Below are positions 1 to 8,668 of a stretch of DNA of 64,000 nt, in pieces. The stretch comes from a phage. The stretch lies in sequence record NC_100371.1, one strand, 5' to 3'. Position 1 is the first letter of the stretch, and every line of letters begins with the position of its first letter. Below the pieces are notes generated by a model. That model saw nothing but the letters and a program-made list of their open reading frames with translations, was not told the DNA's origin and made no database searches. The position numbers and the translations under genes were made by a program.

Positions 1-1554
1 ATTTTCCATGTTGGATATGGAATTATCTCTGGTTGATGACATCTTAGAAGTGCCGTTGCCAGTGGATCCTGCAGCCATTCCATCGCCAGCTCTACTGATG
101 TCCTGGCCCAAGAGCTTCATTAGCTCTTCCTGATCCATGTCCTCGTCAAATCTTTCATCAAACCCACCTACTTCAAGAATCTTATTAATTACTGCAGGAG
201 TTTTTGGCAAGTAACCTACAGCACCGATCCTCTGGACAAACTTGGAGAAGCTCTCCATGTCCACCTCTTCAATCAGGCCAGGTTTCAGTTTAGGCATATC
301 ATCATCTTCAAGGATGATACCATTCAATGCCAGAAGCTGTGGAATAAGATCTTTATTGAAGGCCTCAGTGATAATATCTATATCACGCTGAACAAAATGA
401 CCATGGATAGACTGTTTTGACTCAGACAGAGAGAAGGATCCAACGTTATCGTTACCGAGGTTAATAAAGCCAGCACCGAAACGGTCAAGAATCGCCTTCT
501 TACGGGCATCAATCAAATCTTTAGTGGAATACTGCTTACCCATACCGTCAACCCCCTTCAGGGTCATGGAGTAAAGCTCTTTACCAGACTTATCTCTATC
601 AGACGGAAGTATAAAGAAACTTTGCTCCCCACTATGGGCGTTTGCTGCGTCCAACATAAGATCTGCAACCATTCTCCCTTCCATCGAATTCGGGTCAATG
701 CTGGCCTTGTTCAAAATATTGGAAGGAATTTTCAGCTCAAGCACACCACCAAGGTCTTTGGAGCAGCCAACAACCTCAAGGTTTTCAATCAAAACTTTCT
801 CACGGAAAGATCTGTAGCAACCTATCATCGGTGACACACCTGCAGGATTAGATTCTGTTCCTGACAGAGTCATGAGCATAAGCTTTTTAGCAGGGATGAA
901 AATTTCAGGCTCATTAAAGCCTTTTGAAGGCATTGCAGCGAGAGGTCCAGCCCAGCGTGCATTCTGAGTGTTTAGAAATGCATTAGGTGACTGATAAATA
1001 CCTGTCAGTGTTCTGCTATTCTTGTCAAAGACAAACGGCTCTGATCTGGACAAACTGGCCTGTGGTCGGAATGCAATTTTATCAATAAGAAGCATCCCGG
1101 CATATTTACCTTCTTTCTCTCTGCGGTATACTTTCTCAAACAGTGAAAAACCATACTCGTTAAAGGTAGCTGCGCTTCTTGCAATATCTCGAAGAGTTTG
1201 TTGGTTTGCCAAATTACGCAAAGAATACTCTATAAGCTCGGCGGCTTTCTTAGAGTCTTCACTTTTAACATTATAAAGGATCTTAAAATCATTGAATGCT
1301 TTCGTGATGAAAACATATTTTGTATCTAAGGCAGTAGCAACTGTGGAATCACATTTCATAGTCTCCACTGTGGCAATCAGCTGAGGCCAACGCAATTCCT
1401 CAACCATCATAGATTGTGATTCTGCCATAATTTGGGAAAGTGCGCCAGAACCGATCTCACTCATACGAACATTATGAGTTGGTGCGCCTGCGTTCCCAGA
1501 TTTATTCACAGTTTTGGCTGTGGCGTTGTGTTTCCTGCGGTTCTTTTTGGACAC
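1..1554 (-). CDS. putative portal protein (C-terminal part lies outside the window)
   Basis: Minus-strand reading frame open from a GTG at 1554 (GAGGGG RBS upstream) to the window edge, about 518 codons; sits immediately downstream of terL. Identity inferred from position and size only. Confidence 0.35.
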   Translation of the reverse strand, partial: MSKKNRRKHNATAKTVNKSGNAGAPTHNVRMSEIGSGALSQIMAESQSMMVEELRWPQLIATVETMKCDSTVATALDTKYVFITKAFNDFKILYNVKSEDSKKAAELIEYSLRNLANQQTLRDIARSAATFNEYGFSLFEKVYRREKEGKYAGMLLIDKIAFRPQASLSRSEPFVFDKNSRTLTGIYQSPNAFLNTQNARWAGPLAAMPSKGFNEPEIFIPAKKLMLMTLSGTESNPAGVSPMIGCYRSFREKVLIENLEVVGCSKDLGGVLELKIPSNILNKASIDPNSMEGRMVADLMLDAANAHSGEQSFFILPSDRDKSGKELYSMTLKGVDGMGKQYSTKDLIDARKKAILDRFGAGFINLGNDNVGSFSLSESKQSIHGHFVQRDIDIITEAFNKDLIPQLLALNGIILEDDDMPKLKPGLIEEVDMESFSKFVQRIGAVGYLPKTPAVINKILEVGGFDERFDEDMDQEELMKLLGQDISRAGDGMAAGSTGNGTSKMSSTRDNSISNMEN

Positions 1555-1574
1555 AAGCTTTACCCCTCAAAACA

Positions 1575-1606
1575 GTATAACAAAATAGCCCTCGTGTCAG
1601 AGGGCT
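1575..1606 (-). terminator. rho-independent terminator after terL
   Basis: Hairpin AGCCCTC-loop-GAGGGCT followed by a T-tract on the minus strand. Confidence 0.5.
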
Positions 1607-1656
1607 AGTATCTCCGATTACTCTATTCTACCACATCTAATTAAGATTGGCAACAC

Positions 1657-2757
1657 TTAGATAAAACGCTTGAACATAGAAGGTGATGAGATTGATGGAA
1701 TCACACAAGGCAGCGCTACCTCCTCTTTCTCCAGGAAATTAATCGCAGAAGCTACACAGTCGGCCCAGTCGTCTTTTCTGTTAAATGTTGATCTTTCCCC
1801 GTTGAACTTTTCAAGTTCAGTCAGAAATGCTTCCAGAGTGTCAGGATGGAAACTGGATTTTACAATCCTCACCATTCCTTGTTGGGCAAGATTGGCAAAA
1901 GGTGAGAACCTTGTCAGTTTAGATTTGTTGGAAGGCATTGGATCTTCTTCAACCCTGAACCCTTCGGCGAGCAAGGATCTGGACGAGGTTAAGAATTCAC
2001 TCTTACCTGCCTGACCGGGGTCCACAGAAAATACGATTATGCAATCATCTCCATCAAACTGCGCCTGTTTCCTGATGATCACATCTCGTTCCCCAGCCTT
2101 TTTACAGAACTTACCTTCCAGACCTGTGGAATACCTACCGTCATCCACGTTCTCAGGACAATAATCTCCGGACAGGTAATAAAAGCCGTCGCTATCTTTA
2201 CTTACCTTAACACTGGCGGTAAAGTCAGGAAATTTATTACCGGAAGTTCTCTCGGTTCCTGCTTTATCCCATGCCCTGCAAGATACTGATCCAAGAGGTA
2301 CTCTATCGGCATCACGAAGGAAAGATCTTTGGAAATAGTTTGCACCCTCAGGTTTGGCAAACCAGTTGCCATGAAGAAGCTGGGCTTTTTCAAGCTCTGG
2401 CAGACCTTCAAGGAAAGCAAGGTATTCTGGGTTGTCTCTCAAGCAGACAGGGTTATCGAAAATTGTTGCTCCTATAAACGAGAATGACAACGGTCTTGGC
2501 TTGATCTCCACACCCAGTCCGTTAACCGTGGTGTATTTCTCTATTAACTCTTCTTTAGAGTCTCCCCAAATAAATTCACCGTCGCGTCGGATAAAATATC
2601 TTTTCTTACCACATTTCTCCGGATCTGGATACCCTTCATCGTCCAACCACCACCTGACCAGTTTGGCAAGCATGTGTTCTGAGTCGGGGTTACAACTGAT
2701 AACCATTCTTGATGGATACTTTGACTGAGATCGCAGACGAGACATCAAATAGTCTAT
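1657..2757 (-). CDS. terL: terminase large subunit, exon 2 (nuclease/C-terminal part)
   Basis: 363-aa ORF ending with a terminase-like nuclease region (DWADCVASAINFLEK); the frame stays open upstream to about 2781. The 5' boundary (3' splice site) is approximate. Confidence 0.65.
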   Translation of the reverse strand: MDYLMSRLRSQSKYPSRMVISCNPDSEHMLAKLVRWWLDDEGYPDPEKCGKKRYFIRRDGEFIWGDSKEELIEKYTTVNGLGVEIKPRPLSFSFIGATIFDNPVCLRDNPEYLAFLEGLPELEKAQLLHGNWFAKPEGANYFQRSFLRDADRVPLGSVSCRAWDKAGTERTSGNKFPDFTASVKVSKDSDGFYYLSGDYCPENVDDGRYSTGLEGKFCKKAGERDVIIRKQAQFDGDDCIIVFSVDPGQAGKSEFLTSSRSLLAEGFRVEEDPMPSNKSKLTRFSPFANLAQQGMVRIVKSSFHPDTLEAFLTELEKFNGERSTFNRKDDWADCVASAINFLEKEEVALPCVIPSISSPSMFKRFI

Positions 2758-3661
2758 CTGCTCCCATTCGAATTGCGTCGTTTATGTTCGGGCAAGGTCG
2801 CTAGTCTTGCCCCGCCATTTTCAGGCAGCTGCATGTCTCCATGCAGACCAGACTATATCTTATGAATGTGCAAATACTCTGCTGCTCTAAGAATGGTTTC
2901 CTCATCCTCTTGGAAGAAACCTAAAGCTCTGTTGCATTTATCACAAAGCAACCCTCTTACAGCACCAGTTTTATGGTCATGATCAACACAAAAGAAATCT
3001 CTGTACCCTTGCGTCCTATACTCATCAAGAGATATTCTACAAATGGCACACTTATGATCTTGATCTGAGAGTAAGCGATAGTATTCATCTTTTGTTATGT
3101 GAAATTTCTTCTCAATCTGATAAAACTTTTCACACATCTTACACCTGTTCGTAACCAGATACACTTTACCATAGTCACGTTTTGTGTAAAAACTATCAGC
3201 AAGCATACTTTCATGACAAGATTTACATTCAAAAAGCTCACCTTTCTTCAGTAAGTCTTGAATAAAAGATGCTGCATCATCTCTCTTAACCATATTTTTG
3301 TTTCTACGAGATCCATTCTTCCTGTAGTACATATAGCATTCCTTGCATGTACCGGAGTATCCATCCTTGCTCTTAGATGATAAAAAGAAATCATCAAGAG
3401 GTAGAACTCTTTGGCAATCCATACATTTTTTAGTATTACACATTCACCCTCCCGTTTCGAATCGCTTGATTCTACGTCTTTCGACTAGTCGTTGAACGTT
3501 CATCCTTTCGGATGCTTCGCTGCGGATTATCTAAATTAACACACTGTTACCATACCTTCGATCTCTCTTCGAAGCCTCTATCATGTTACCATGACAGGTT
3601 GGTGGTGTCAATAATAAAGATTTCCCCGCAATTAGGGAGGTTTTACGAGAGCTACAAATTA
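2758..3661 (-). mobile_element. group I self-splicing intron with embedded homing endonuclease gene
   Basis: Minus-strand matches to group I core elements P (AATTGCGGGGAAA), Q (AATCCGCAGC), R (GTTCAACGACTA) and S (AAGATATAGTC), in canonical order, sit between the two terL ORFs. Exon 1 ends ...GAT GAG GGT followed by TAA. Boundaries are approximate. Confidence 0.7.
2853..3443 (-). CDS. intron-encoded homing endonuclease, EndoVII/HNH-like with N-terminal zinc fingers
   Basis: 196 aa; motif DHDHKTGAVRGLLCDKCN resembles T4 endonuclease VII; several CxxC pairs; GGGAGGG RBS; the stop codon overlaps the intron S element. Confidence 0.7.
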   Translation of the reverse strand: MCNTKKCMDCQRVLPLDDFFLSSKSKDGYSGTCKECYMYYRKNGSRRNKNMVKRDDAASFIQDLLKKGELFECKSCHESMLADSFYTKRDYGKVYLVTNRCKMCEKFYQIEKKFHITKDEYYRLLSDQDHKCAICRISLDEYRTQGYRDFFCVDHDHKTGAVRGLLCDKCNRALGFFQEDEETILRAAEYLHIHKI

Positions 3662-4087
3662 ACCCTCATCGAAGCAAACCATGGTGTACTCAAGTCCTTG
3701 ATGGTTAAGCTTATCTTGGACATACTCCATGTGGCAGTATTTTACAACAGCTCCTTTTTTGCTCCTGTCCCACTTGCCAGTGCTCGGATCAAACCGTGGA
3801 AAAATAAACTTATGATCCTTCTCTCTGAACTTTGGTTTAATGTTTTCAGGCAGATCACTGTAAATAGCTACTGCTTTAGGCCATAGCCCACCCTCACCTT
3901 CCAACTGTGGAGTTGTTCTTCGGAACATAACCACAGAGCTGTGTGGGTCATCAATAATTTTAAGCGGCATCAACTGCAGGAGGAACGACTTACCTGACCC
4001 AGCCGCACCACCAATGACAAGAATGTCTGCATCGTTTTCCAGGATCATCTTCTGCTTTTCAGAACACGGTCCGTAAATCTTAGACAT
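3662..4087 (-). CDS. terL: terminase large subunit, exon 1 (ATPase N-terminal part)
   Basis: Walker A GGAAGSGKS and Walker B-like VCFDE; the ORF is cut by a stop codon right after the Walker B region, where the intron begins. Confidence 0.7.
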
Positions 4088-4374
4088 TAACCTCTCTCCT
4101 TTGGAAACAGTGTTCTAATATAGTCTTGCAAAATGATCAATTTAGCCCTATCATTACTGCAAGACAGGTTATTATCCCTCATAATGCCAGAATTCACCGC
4201 ATCAGGCGCACCTTTCTTTAAAGGTATAGCTTTAGCAGGAGGCTTCATAGCACCCTCGGGAGGTTTAACAATCAACCTTCCTACATCCGGAGGGTCAATC
4301 TTGTATTCTCTCTCAACGCTGGTTGCACACCCACACAATAACAAGCACAAAACAACCAGTGCAGTAACTCTCAT
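4087..4374 (-). CDS. o-spanin (Rz1-like outer-membrane lipoprotein)
   Basis: Signal peptide with lipobox-like LLCGC, Pro-rich mature part; strong RBS CAGGAGG; start overlaps the stop of the upstream i-spanin (ATGA). Confidence 0.55.
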   Translation of the reverse strand: MRVTALVVLCLLLCGCATSVEREYKIDPPDVGRLIVKPPEGAMKPPAKAIPLKKGAPDAVNSGIMRDNNLSCSNDRAKLIILQDYIRTLFPKERG

Positions 4375-4769
4375 CGAACCTCCTGATTGATACTCTCATT
4401 ATAAATATCTATTAGCTGATCAGGAAGTGTTGACTTCTTACCTTCAGGAGATTGGAGGTAGATAATCTGCTTTTCTTTGCCTGCCTTCTCAGCCATATTT
4501 AATTTATCCTGTAGATCAGAAAGAGATTTTTCAAGGTTTTTAACCTCCTCTGCGTGGCCCATTTTAATTTTGTCGGCCTGCTTTTGTTGTTGGTCAAGGA
4601 TCCGTTCCCACTTTAACTCTGTTGCTGACACACCTTCTTGATAAGCATCATTGAGCTTAGAGTTAAACCAATACACGGCCCCAAGATAAGCCATACCTAT
4701 AGCCGCTGCAAAAACTAAACCTTTTATGATCCCTCTGTGTTTACTCATCAATGTTAAAACTGAAATCAT
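4371..4769 (-). CDS. i-spanin (Rz-like)
   Basis: N-terminal transmembrane segment followed by a charged coiled-coil-like region; GGAG RBS. Confidence 0.5.
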   Translation of the reverse strand: MISVLTLMSKHRGIIKGLVFAAAIGMAYLGAVYWFNSKLNDAYQEGVSATELKWERILDQQQKQADKIKMGHAEEVKNLEKSLSDLQDKLNMAEKAGKEKQIIYLQSPEGKKSTLPDQLIDIYNESINQEVR

Positions 4770-4786
4770 TTTTAAGGCTCCAGAAA

Positions 4787-4823
4787 CGAAAAAACCCCGC
4801 AGCTATACAGCTAACGGGGCGGG
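4787..4823 (-). terminator. rho-independent terminator
   Basis: Minus-strand hairpin CCCCG...CGGGG followed by TTTTTT. Confidence 0.5.
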
Positions 4824-4875
4824 TTAAAATTGAGTAACCTAAATAGATCGAAACTAACTAAAAGGAGACTAATAC

Positions 4876-5145
4876 TTATCGAGGCACTCGGTGGATGATT
4901 CTGACAGTAACCGCATTCTCATTCATCAAGTAAGCATCCACATCTCTGTAAATATAAAACTTCTGCTCGCTATCAACAACACAAGCTACTGCCCCTTCAG
5001 AGTTGTCTTCAAAGAAGACCACAACTGCATCGCAGCTTAGTTCATGATACGACTCTCGAAGATTTACAGCAAGAGGGTTGAAATCGTCACGAAGATCTAA
5101 AGTATGGGTTGGATTTACACGTTCTACAATTTTAAGTGTATACAT
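4876..5145 (-). CDS. hypothetical protein
   Basis: 89-aa ORF between the tRNA cluster and the terminator. Confidence 0.4.
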   Translation of the reverse strand: MYTLKIVERVNPTHTLDLRDDFNPLAVNLRESYHELSCDAVVVFFEDNSEGAVACVVDSEQKFYIYRDVDAYLMNENAVTVRIIHRVPR

Positions 5146-5191
5146 TTTAAAGGTTCCTTTTGTGTGTATATATTTAAAGTATAACTAAAGG

Positions 5192-5268
5192 TGGTCTCCA
5201 CGGAGTGATTCGAACACTCGACCTCCTGATCCCAAATCAGGCGCTCTACCAAGCTGAGCTACGCGGAG
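5192..5268 (-). tRNA. tRNA-Pro (anticodon UGG)
   Basis: Hand-folded cloverleaf: 7-bp acceptor stem, GTTCGAAT T-loop, anticodon loop TTTGGGA, encoded CCA. Confidence 0.75.
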
Positions 5269-5279
5269 TATTTATTATT

Positions 5280-5354
5280 TGGTGGCCCTGGGTGGAATTG
5301 AACCACCGTCTGGCGATTATGAGTCGCTTGCTTGAACCTTCCAGCTACAGGGCC
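5280..5354 (-). tRNA. tRNA-Met (anticodon CAU; could be initiator or Ile-lysidine type)
   Basis: Acceptor GGCCCTG/CAGGGCC, T-arm GGTGGTTCAATTCCACC, anticodon loop CTCATAA, encoded CCA. Confidence 0.7.
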
Positions 5355-5355
5355 A

Positions 5356-5431
5356 TGGTGCTGATGGCAGGACTTGAACCTGCAACCTATTGATTACAAA
5401 TCAATTGCACTGCCAATTGTGCTACATCAGC
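5356..5431 (-). tRNA. tRNA-Thr (anticodon UGU)
   Basis: Perfect 7-bp acceptor stem, D-stem GCAC/GTGC, anticodon loop TTTGTAA, T-arm GCAGGTTCAAGTCCTGC, CCA. Confidence 0.75.
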
Positions 5432-5435
5432 AAAA

Positions 5436-5534
5436 GGTGCTAGGTGATGGAATCGAACCATCTATGTATTCAACGACTACCTCGTCTATTTTCAGGATTA
5501 AAAATCCTCGCCCTTGCCAAAGGGCTTACCTAGC
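5436..5534 (-). tRNA. atypical tRNA-like gene (long variable region; anticodon not assignable by eye)
   Basis: Perfect acceptor pairing GCTAGGT/ACCTAGC and canonical T-arm GATGGTTCGATTCCATC, but about 99 nt long with an unusual anticodon-arm region (AGGAT-TTTTA-ATCCT); no complete encoded CCA. Confidence 0.4.
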
Positions 5535-5632
5535 TCAGCATGTTGACCATGTTGCTAGTCGGCGATGACGACTGTAACATTTGATAATCCGGTTCTGCTT
5601 CCGGCTTTCGCTTAATTACAAGGTCAACAATA

Positions 5633-5723
5633 TGGCAGAGGATAATGGAATCGAACCATCATCGAGTCATCCTCAACGGGACGGTTTTCAAGACCGCTTG
5701 AGCACCATTGCTCCCTACCCTCT
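5633..5723 (-). tRNA. tRNA-Ser (anticodon UGA), type II
   Basis: Acceptor AGAGGGT/ATCCTCT, anticodon loop CTTGAAA, long variable arm, T-arm GATGGTTCGATTCCATT, CCA. Confidence 0.7.
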
Positions 5724-5837
5724 TTTATAAACAATACTGATAATGACACTGATTTTCGAGCAGTTAGTGACTAGTATAAACGACGATAAATATCAATGCC
5801 ATTATCTGTATGATTTATGCATTTAAAAATATAAATT

Positions 5838-5925
5838 TGGTGGTGAGTGATGGAGTCGAACCACCCGAATCGCAATGATAACAGATTTACAGTCTGCCCC
5901 GCTACCCCTACGGAATTAACTCACC
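5838..5925 (-). tRNA. tRNA-Tyr (anticodon GUA), type II
   Basis: Acceptor GGTGAGT/ACTCACC, anticodon loop CTGTAAA, long variable arm, CCA. Confidence 0.7.
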
Positions 5926-6055
5926 TAAATACTAATATTTAAATTCTTTTTAAAATAGCTAGTGTTCTAACCACTAACTATGAGGTATCGGTAAAGTGGT
6001 TACCGCCACTTGCCGAAGATTTACTCTGCTAAAGTAAGCTACATTAAAAAGAACT

Positions 6056-6130
6056 TGGCACCCCGTACTGGACTCGAACCAGTGTCAACGGCTTAGAAGG
6101 CCGCTGCTTTATCCACTAAGCTAACAGGGC
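6056..6130 (-). tRNA. tRNA-Arg (anticodon UCU)
   Basis: Acceptor GCCCTGT/ACGGGGT, anticodon loop CTTCTAA, T-arm ACTGGTTCGAGTCCAGT, CCA. Confidence 0.75.
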
Positions 6131-6188
6131 ACTGGGTGGCTTTCTTTTACACCTGAGCCGCCAGAAAAGGTGGGAGACCATGTTTATA

Positions 6189-6217
6189 ATATTACACTGT
6201 TAGGCAAAGTTTGTCAA
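6189..6217 (-). promoter_or_regulatory. sigma70-like promoter for the tRNA cluster
   Basis: Minus strand TTGACA-N17-TAATAT, about 55 nt upstream of tRNA-Arg. Confidence 0.55.
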
Positions 6218-6226
6218 GAAAATATT

Positions 6227-6565
6227 TTAACTATTGCCAACAGGCTGTATTTCTGTGGTAAATGGCATAAAAGGTGCTGGTTTTTCAGCCTCTTCCACTA
6301 CCACCTCTTCCTCTTCACCAAACATCTCATCATATTCTTCCTGCATTCTGTCTGCCTTATCAAGAACATACTCTGCAATGCTTTGACGAATATTTTGTTT
6401 GGTTTTCGGGTCCAACATCAGCTCTCTTAAAACTTTGTGAGCTTCTGGAACCATCGCTATAAAAGATTCCTTCATATCAAGAATGTTCTTCTCTAGCTGA
6501 ATGGCGTTGGACTCCTCTTTCAGAGGTCTGCCTCTACGGCGACGCTTTTTAGTTGTATCCGCCAT
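6227..6565 (-). CDS. hypothetical protein (basic N-terminus, acidic C-terminus)
   Basis: ATG at 6565 preceded by GGAGGAAAC RBS; the 152-aa track ORF is probably an over-extension. Confidence 0.5.
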   Translation of the reverse strand: MADTTKKRRRRGRPLKEESNAIQLEKNILDMKESFIAMVPEAHKVLRELMLDPKTKQNIRQSIAEYVLDKADRMQEEYDEMFGEEEEVVVEEAEKPAPFMPFTTEIQPVGNS

Positions 6566-6593
6566 GTTTCCTCCATTATCACGTGATAGGTGG

Positions 6594-6622
6594 ATTTTAT
6601 CACGGCAAATACTGATTGTCAA
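6594..6622 (-). promoter_or_regulatory. sigma70-like promoter
   Basis: Minus strand TTGACA-N17-TAAAAT just upstream of the 6565 start. Confidence 0.5.
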
Positions 6623-6910
6623 GTTCGCCGCAGGGTGGTATTCCCTGCGACTTGCCCAGCGTCCTGGACCAGCAAGACCCAACAAGTGGGTTACCAGATA
6701 CCCATTACCGCGCTCTGGCTCGACCTTATTACAGGTTGGCTGGGGTCACATCGTCATGTGCTGGCTGCCCCTACCATTTTAAGTGTGGTGCACTATCAAG
6801 CCCTCTAAGGGGAACTCAGCCTTCTCCGAACCCTGTTTCAAAGCATCCGGAGATAAAGCCATCAAACTCATCTTTAAATTGGATATTCATCATGATACAC
6901 GAAAACAACC

Positions 6911-7153
6911 TCATTGTAAAGCACAAATAAATAAAACATACTTAATTTGTTTGTTATCAGGCTCAGGGTAGAAGTAGAAGATCTTGCTATCACCGATCTG
7001 AACACCACCATCCCAACAGCATAACCCATAACCAGTATTCATACAAGCTAAGTCGTTGGCAAAATCTATTGCATCATCTAGTGCACGAAATTCACCTTCA
7101 TCTTCTAAATAATCCTCATTCATGGAACGGAAAACGAGCTTAACCTTAAACAT
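6911..7153 (-). CDS. hypothetical protein
   Basis: 80-aa ORF in a same-strand gene array. Confidence 0.4.
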   Translation of the reverse strand: MFKVKLVFRSMNEDYLEDEGEFRALDDAIDFANDLACMNTGYGLCCWDGGVQIGDSKIFYFYPEPDNKQIKYVLFICALQ

Positions 7154-7229
7154 AGCATTACCTGTAGACCTCGTAAGTTAAAATTGTATCACATCATATT
7201 GCAGATCTTATCAGGTAACATTATTTTTG

Positions 7230-7418
7230 TCAACAGATTCCGGCCTTATCCCTCCTGTCTGCGTATTCTTTAATCGCAACCTCACCTGCATTGGTAACCA
7301 GATCTTCAAAGTAATTCTCAAGCTCCTCGTCAATGTCCGGTGACCAGCTCTTTTTCCTGTCAGTGTGAATTGCAGACTTGTTGAACTTATTACAATTCTT
7401 TGCTACCGGATTGTTCAT
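7230..7418 (-). CDS. hypothetical protein
   Basis: 62-aa ORF. Confidence 0.35.
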   Translation of the reverse strand: MNNPVAKNCNKFNKSAIHTDRKKSWSPDIDEELENYFEDLVTNAGEVAIKEYADRRDKAGIC

Positions 7419-7428
7419 TAAGCTCTCC

Positions 7429-8007
7429 TCAACGTTCGTAGTAAATCTTATTCAACATTACCTCATCGTTTGCAGAAAGGATATCAAGATATGCATCACC
7501 AAATCTGCCTGCAACAACCTCTGCATGATACATCACTTCGTTAACATCGTCAAGAGTGATAACCGGATGACCATATCTTTCTGAATATTGTCTCAGTGTG
7601 CGATGTAACGAGTCGTCATCATATGCAGACTTTTTAATATCACAAACACGACGAATGGCCTTGATGTCGAAAAAACCTGTGCGATACCACCCAAGAAAAA
7701 AGTTCCGTGTAGTGTCAACATCTACATCAATACCATTAAGAACCTTATCTACAAGATAGCTGTCATCCTTTGGACTAGCGTCCTTAGTGCGAATGTAGTT
7801 GCCATCTTTTCCAGGTGATAGCTCCTTCTCATCACCAACCTGCATGCCATCATTTGGCGGTGTTAGCCACTTATCAGGATGCTTACGATCACGAGCGTTA
7901 GAATGATTACGCTGGAAACCTGGCTTCCACTTGAAAGTTTTCTCCATCTGTTCTTCATTCTGATAACGTTTTGCAATCTTTTCACTGGCATCTTTGCGTG
8001 AACTCAT
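7429..8007 (-). CDS. hypothetical protein
   Basis: 192-aa ORF; GAGGAG-type RBS upstream. Confidence 0.5.
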   Translation of the reverse strand: MSSRKDASEKIAKRYQNEEQMEKTFKWKPGFQRNHSNARDRKHPDKWLTPPNDGMQVGDEKELSPGKDGNYIRTKDASPKDDSYLVDKVLNGIDVDVDTTRNFFLGWYRTGFFDIKAIRRVCDIKKSAYDDDSLHRTLRQYSERYGHPVITLDDVNEVMYHAEVVAGRFGDAYLDILSANDEVMLNKIYYER

Positions 8008-8510
8008 AGCAGACTCCTCTTCAAGTTATAGAAAAACTCACTGTATCGCTTTGTAACGAGCTTTTCTATCAAACTGGTGCGATTGCCTTACTTGGTATAG
8101 TTTATATAGCTGTGGAGCGATTTAGGGGCCTTCTTGTCAGTTTCCACACATAAACTTTATCCGAACTCGCGCGGGAGGCTCTCAACCGACTCCTTCCGGC
8201 GCTGGCAAGCTTTCGTCGGTGGTCCACATTAGTGCTCGGCCTTTGGCCTGCGCTATCGCTTCGCTCCCACACATGTTAACAGTCCTGCATGTATGCACTT
8301 CTGTTATTGTGTGCACTATGGAGGCCCGGCATCTCGCCCCTCGTAGGCGAGTGCCAATGAAGGGCCGACACTACCCATAATAAGTAATAAATTTAAAACA
8401 TGGTACTTAGGATCTAGTATATTCTACATAAGTTAAGTATATGTACTTTAGTACCATAAGTACTAGATCTTTTATTTTTTATTATTTAGTTATTTTAGTT
8501 ATATTCTTTA

Positions 8511-8594
8511 TGTGTCCGTATCACGGACAGTTAGTGTCCGTATTACGGGCAGATGTGTCCGCGTGACGGACAGTAGTGTCCGTATCACGGACAG
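8511..8594. promoter_or_regulatory. array of four tandem palindromic operator-like sites
   Basis: Four ~21-bp units with consensus GTGTCCGTATCACGGACAG (inverted half-sites TGTCCGT / ACGGACA) at 8511-8530, 8532-8552, 8553-8573 and 8574-8594, inside a 660-bp intergenic region. Confidence 0.6.
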
Positions 8595-8668
8595 TTACTA
8601 ACCTCTGTTCCAGAGTGAACATAAAACATACAAATCCTTATAGTACAGATGTTTAAGTTTTTACTGGT

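Noticed and set aside
1670-2728. Plus-strand ORFs 1670-2014, 2271-2477 and 2432-2728.
   Set aside because: Antisense to terL exon 2, which has clear terminase motifs; no RBS; mutually overlapping.
3512-3886. Plus-strand 124-aa ORF spanning the intron-exon 1 boundary.
   Set aside because: Antisense to terL exon 1 and the intron core; no RBS.
5205-5568. Plus-strand ORFs 5205-5393 and 5374-5568 from the track.
   Set aside because: They lie antisense across the tRNA-Pro/Met/Thr genes, lack an RBS and have tRNA-derived composition; artefacts of the open antisense frame.
6501-6930. Three overlapping plus-strand ORFs (6501-6782, 6590-6808, 6616-6930).
   Set aside because: They occupy all three frames of a GC-rich intergenic stretch, have Pro/Arg/Gly-rich low-complexity translations and no RBS; the surrounding genes are on the minus strand.
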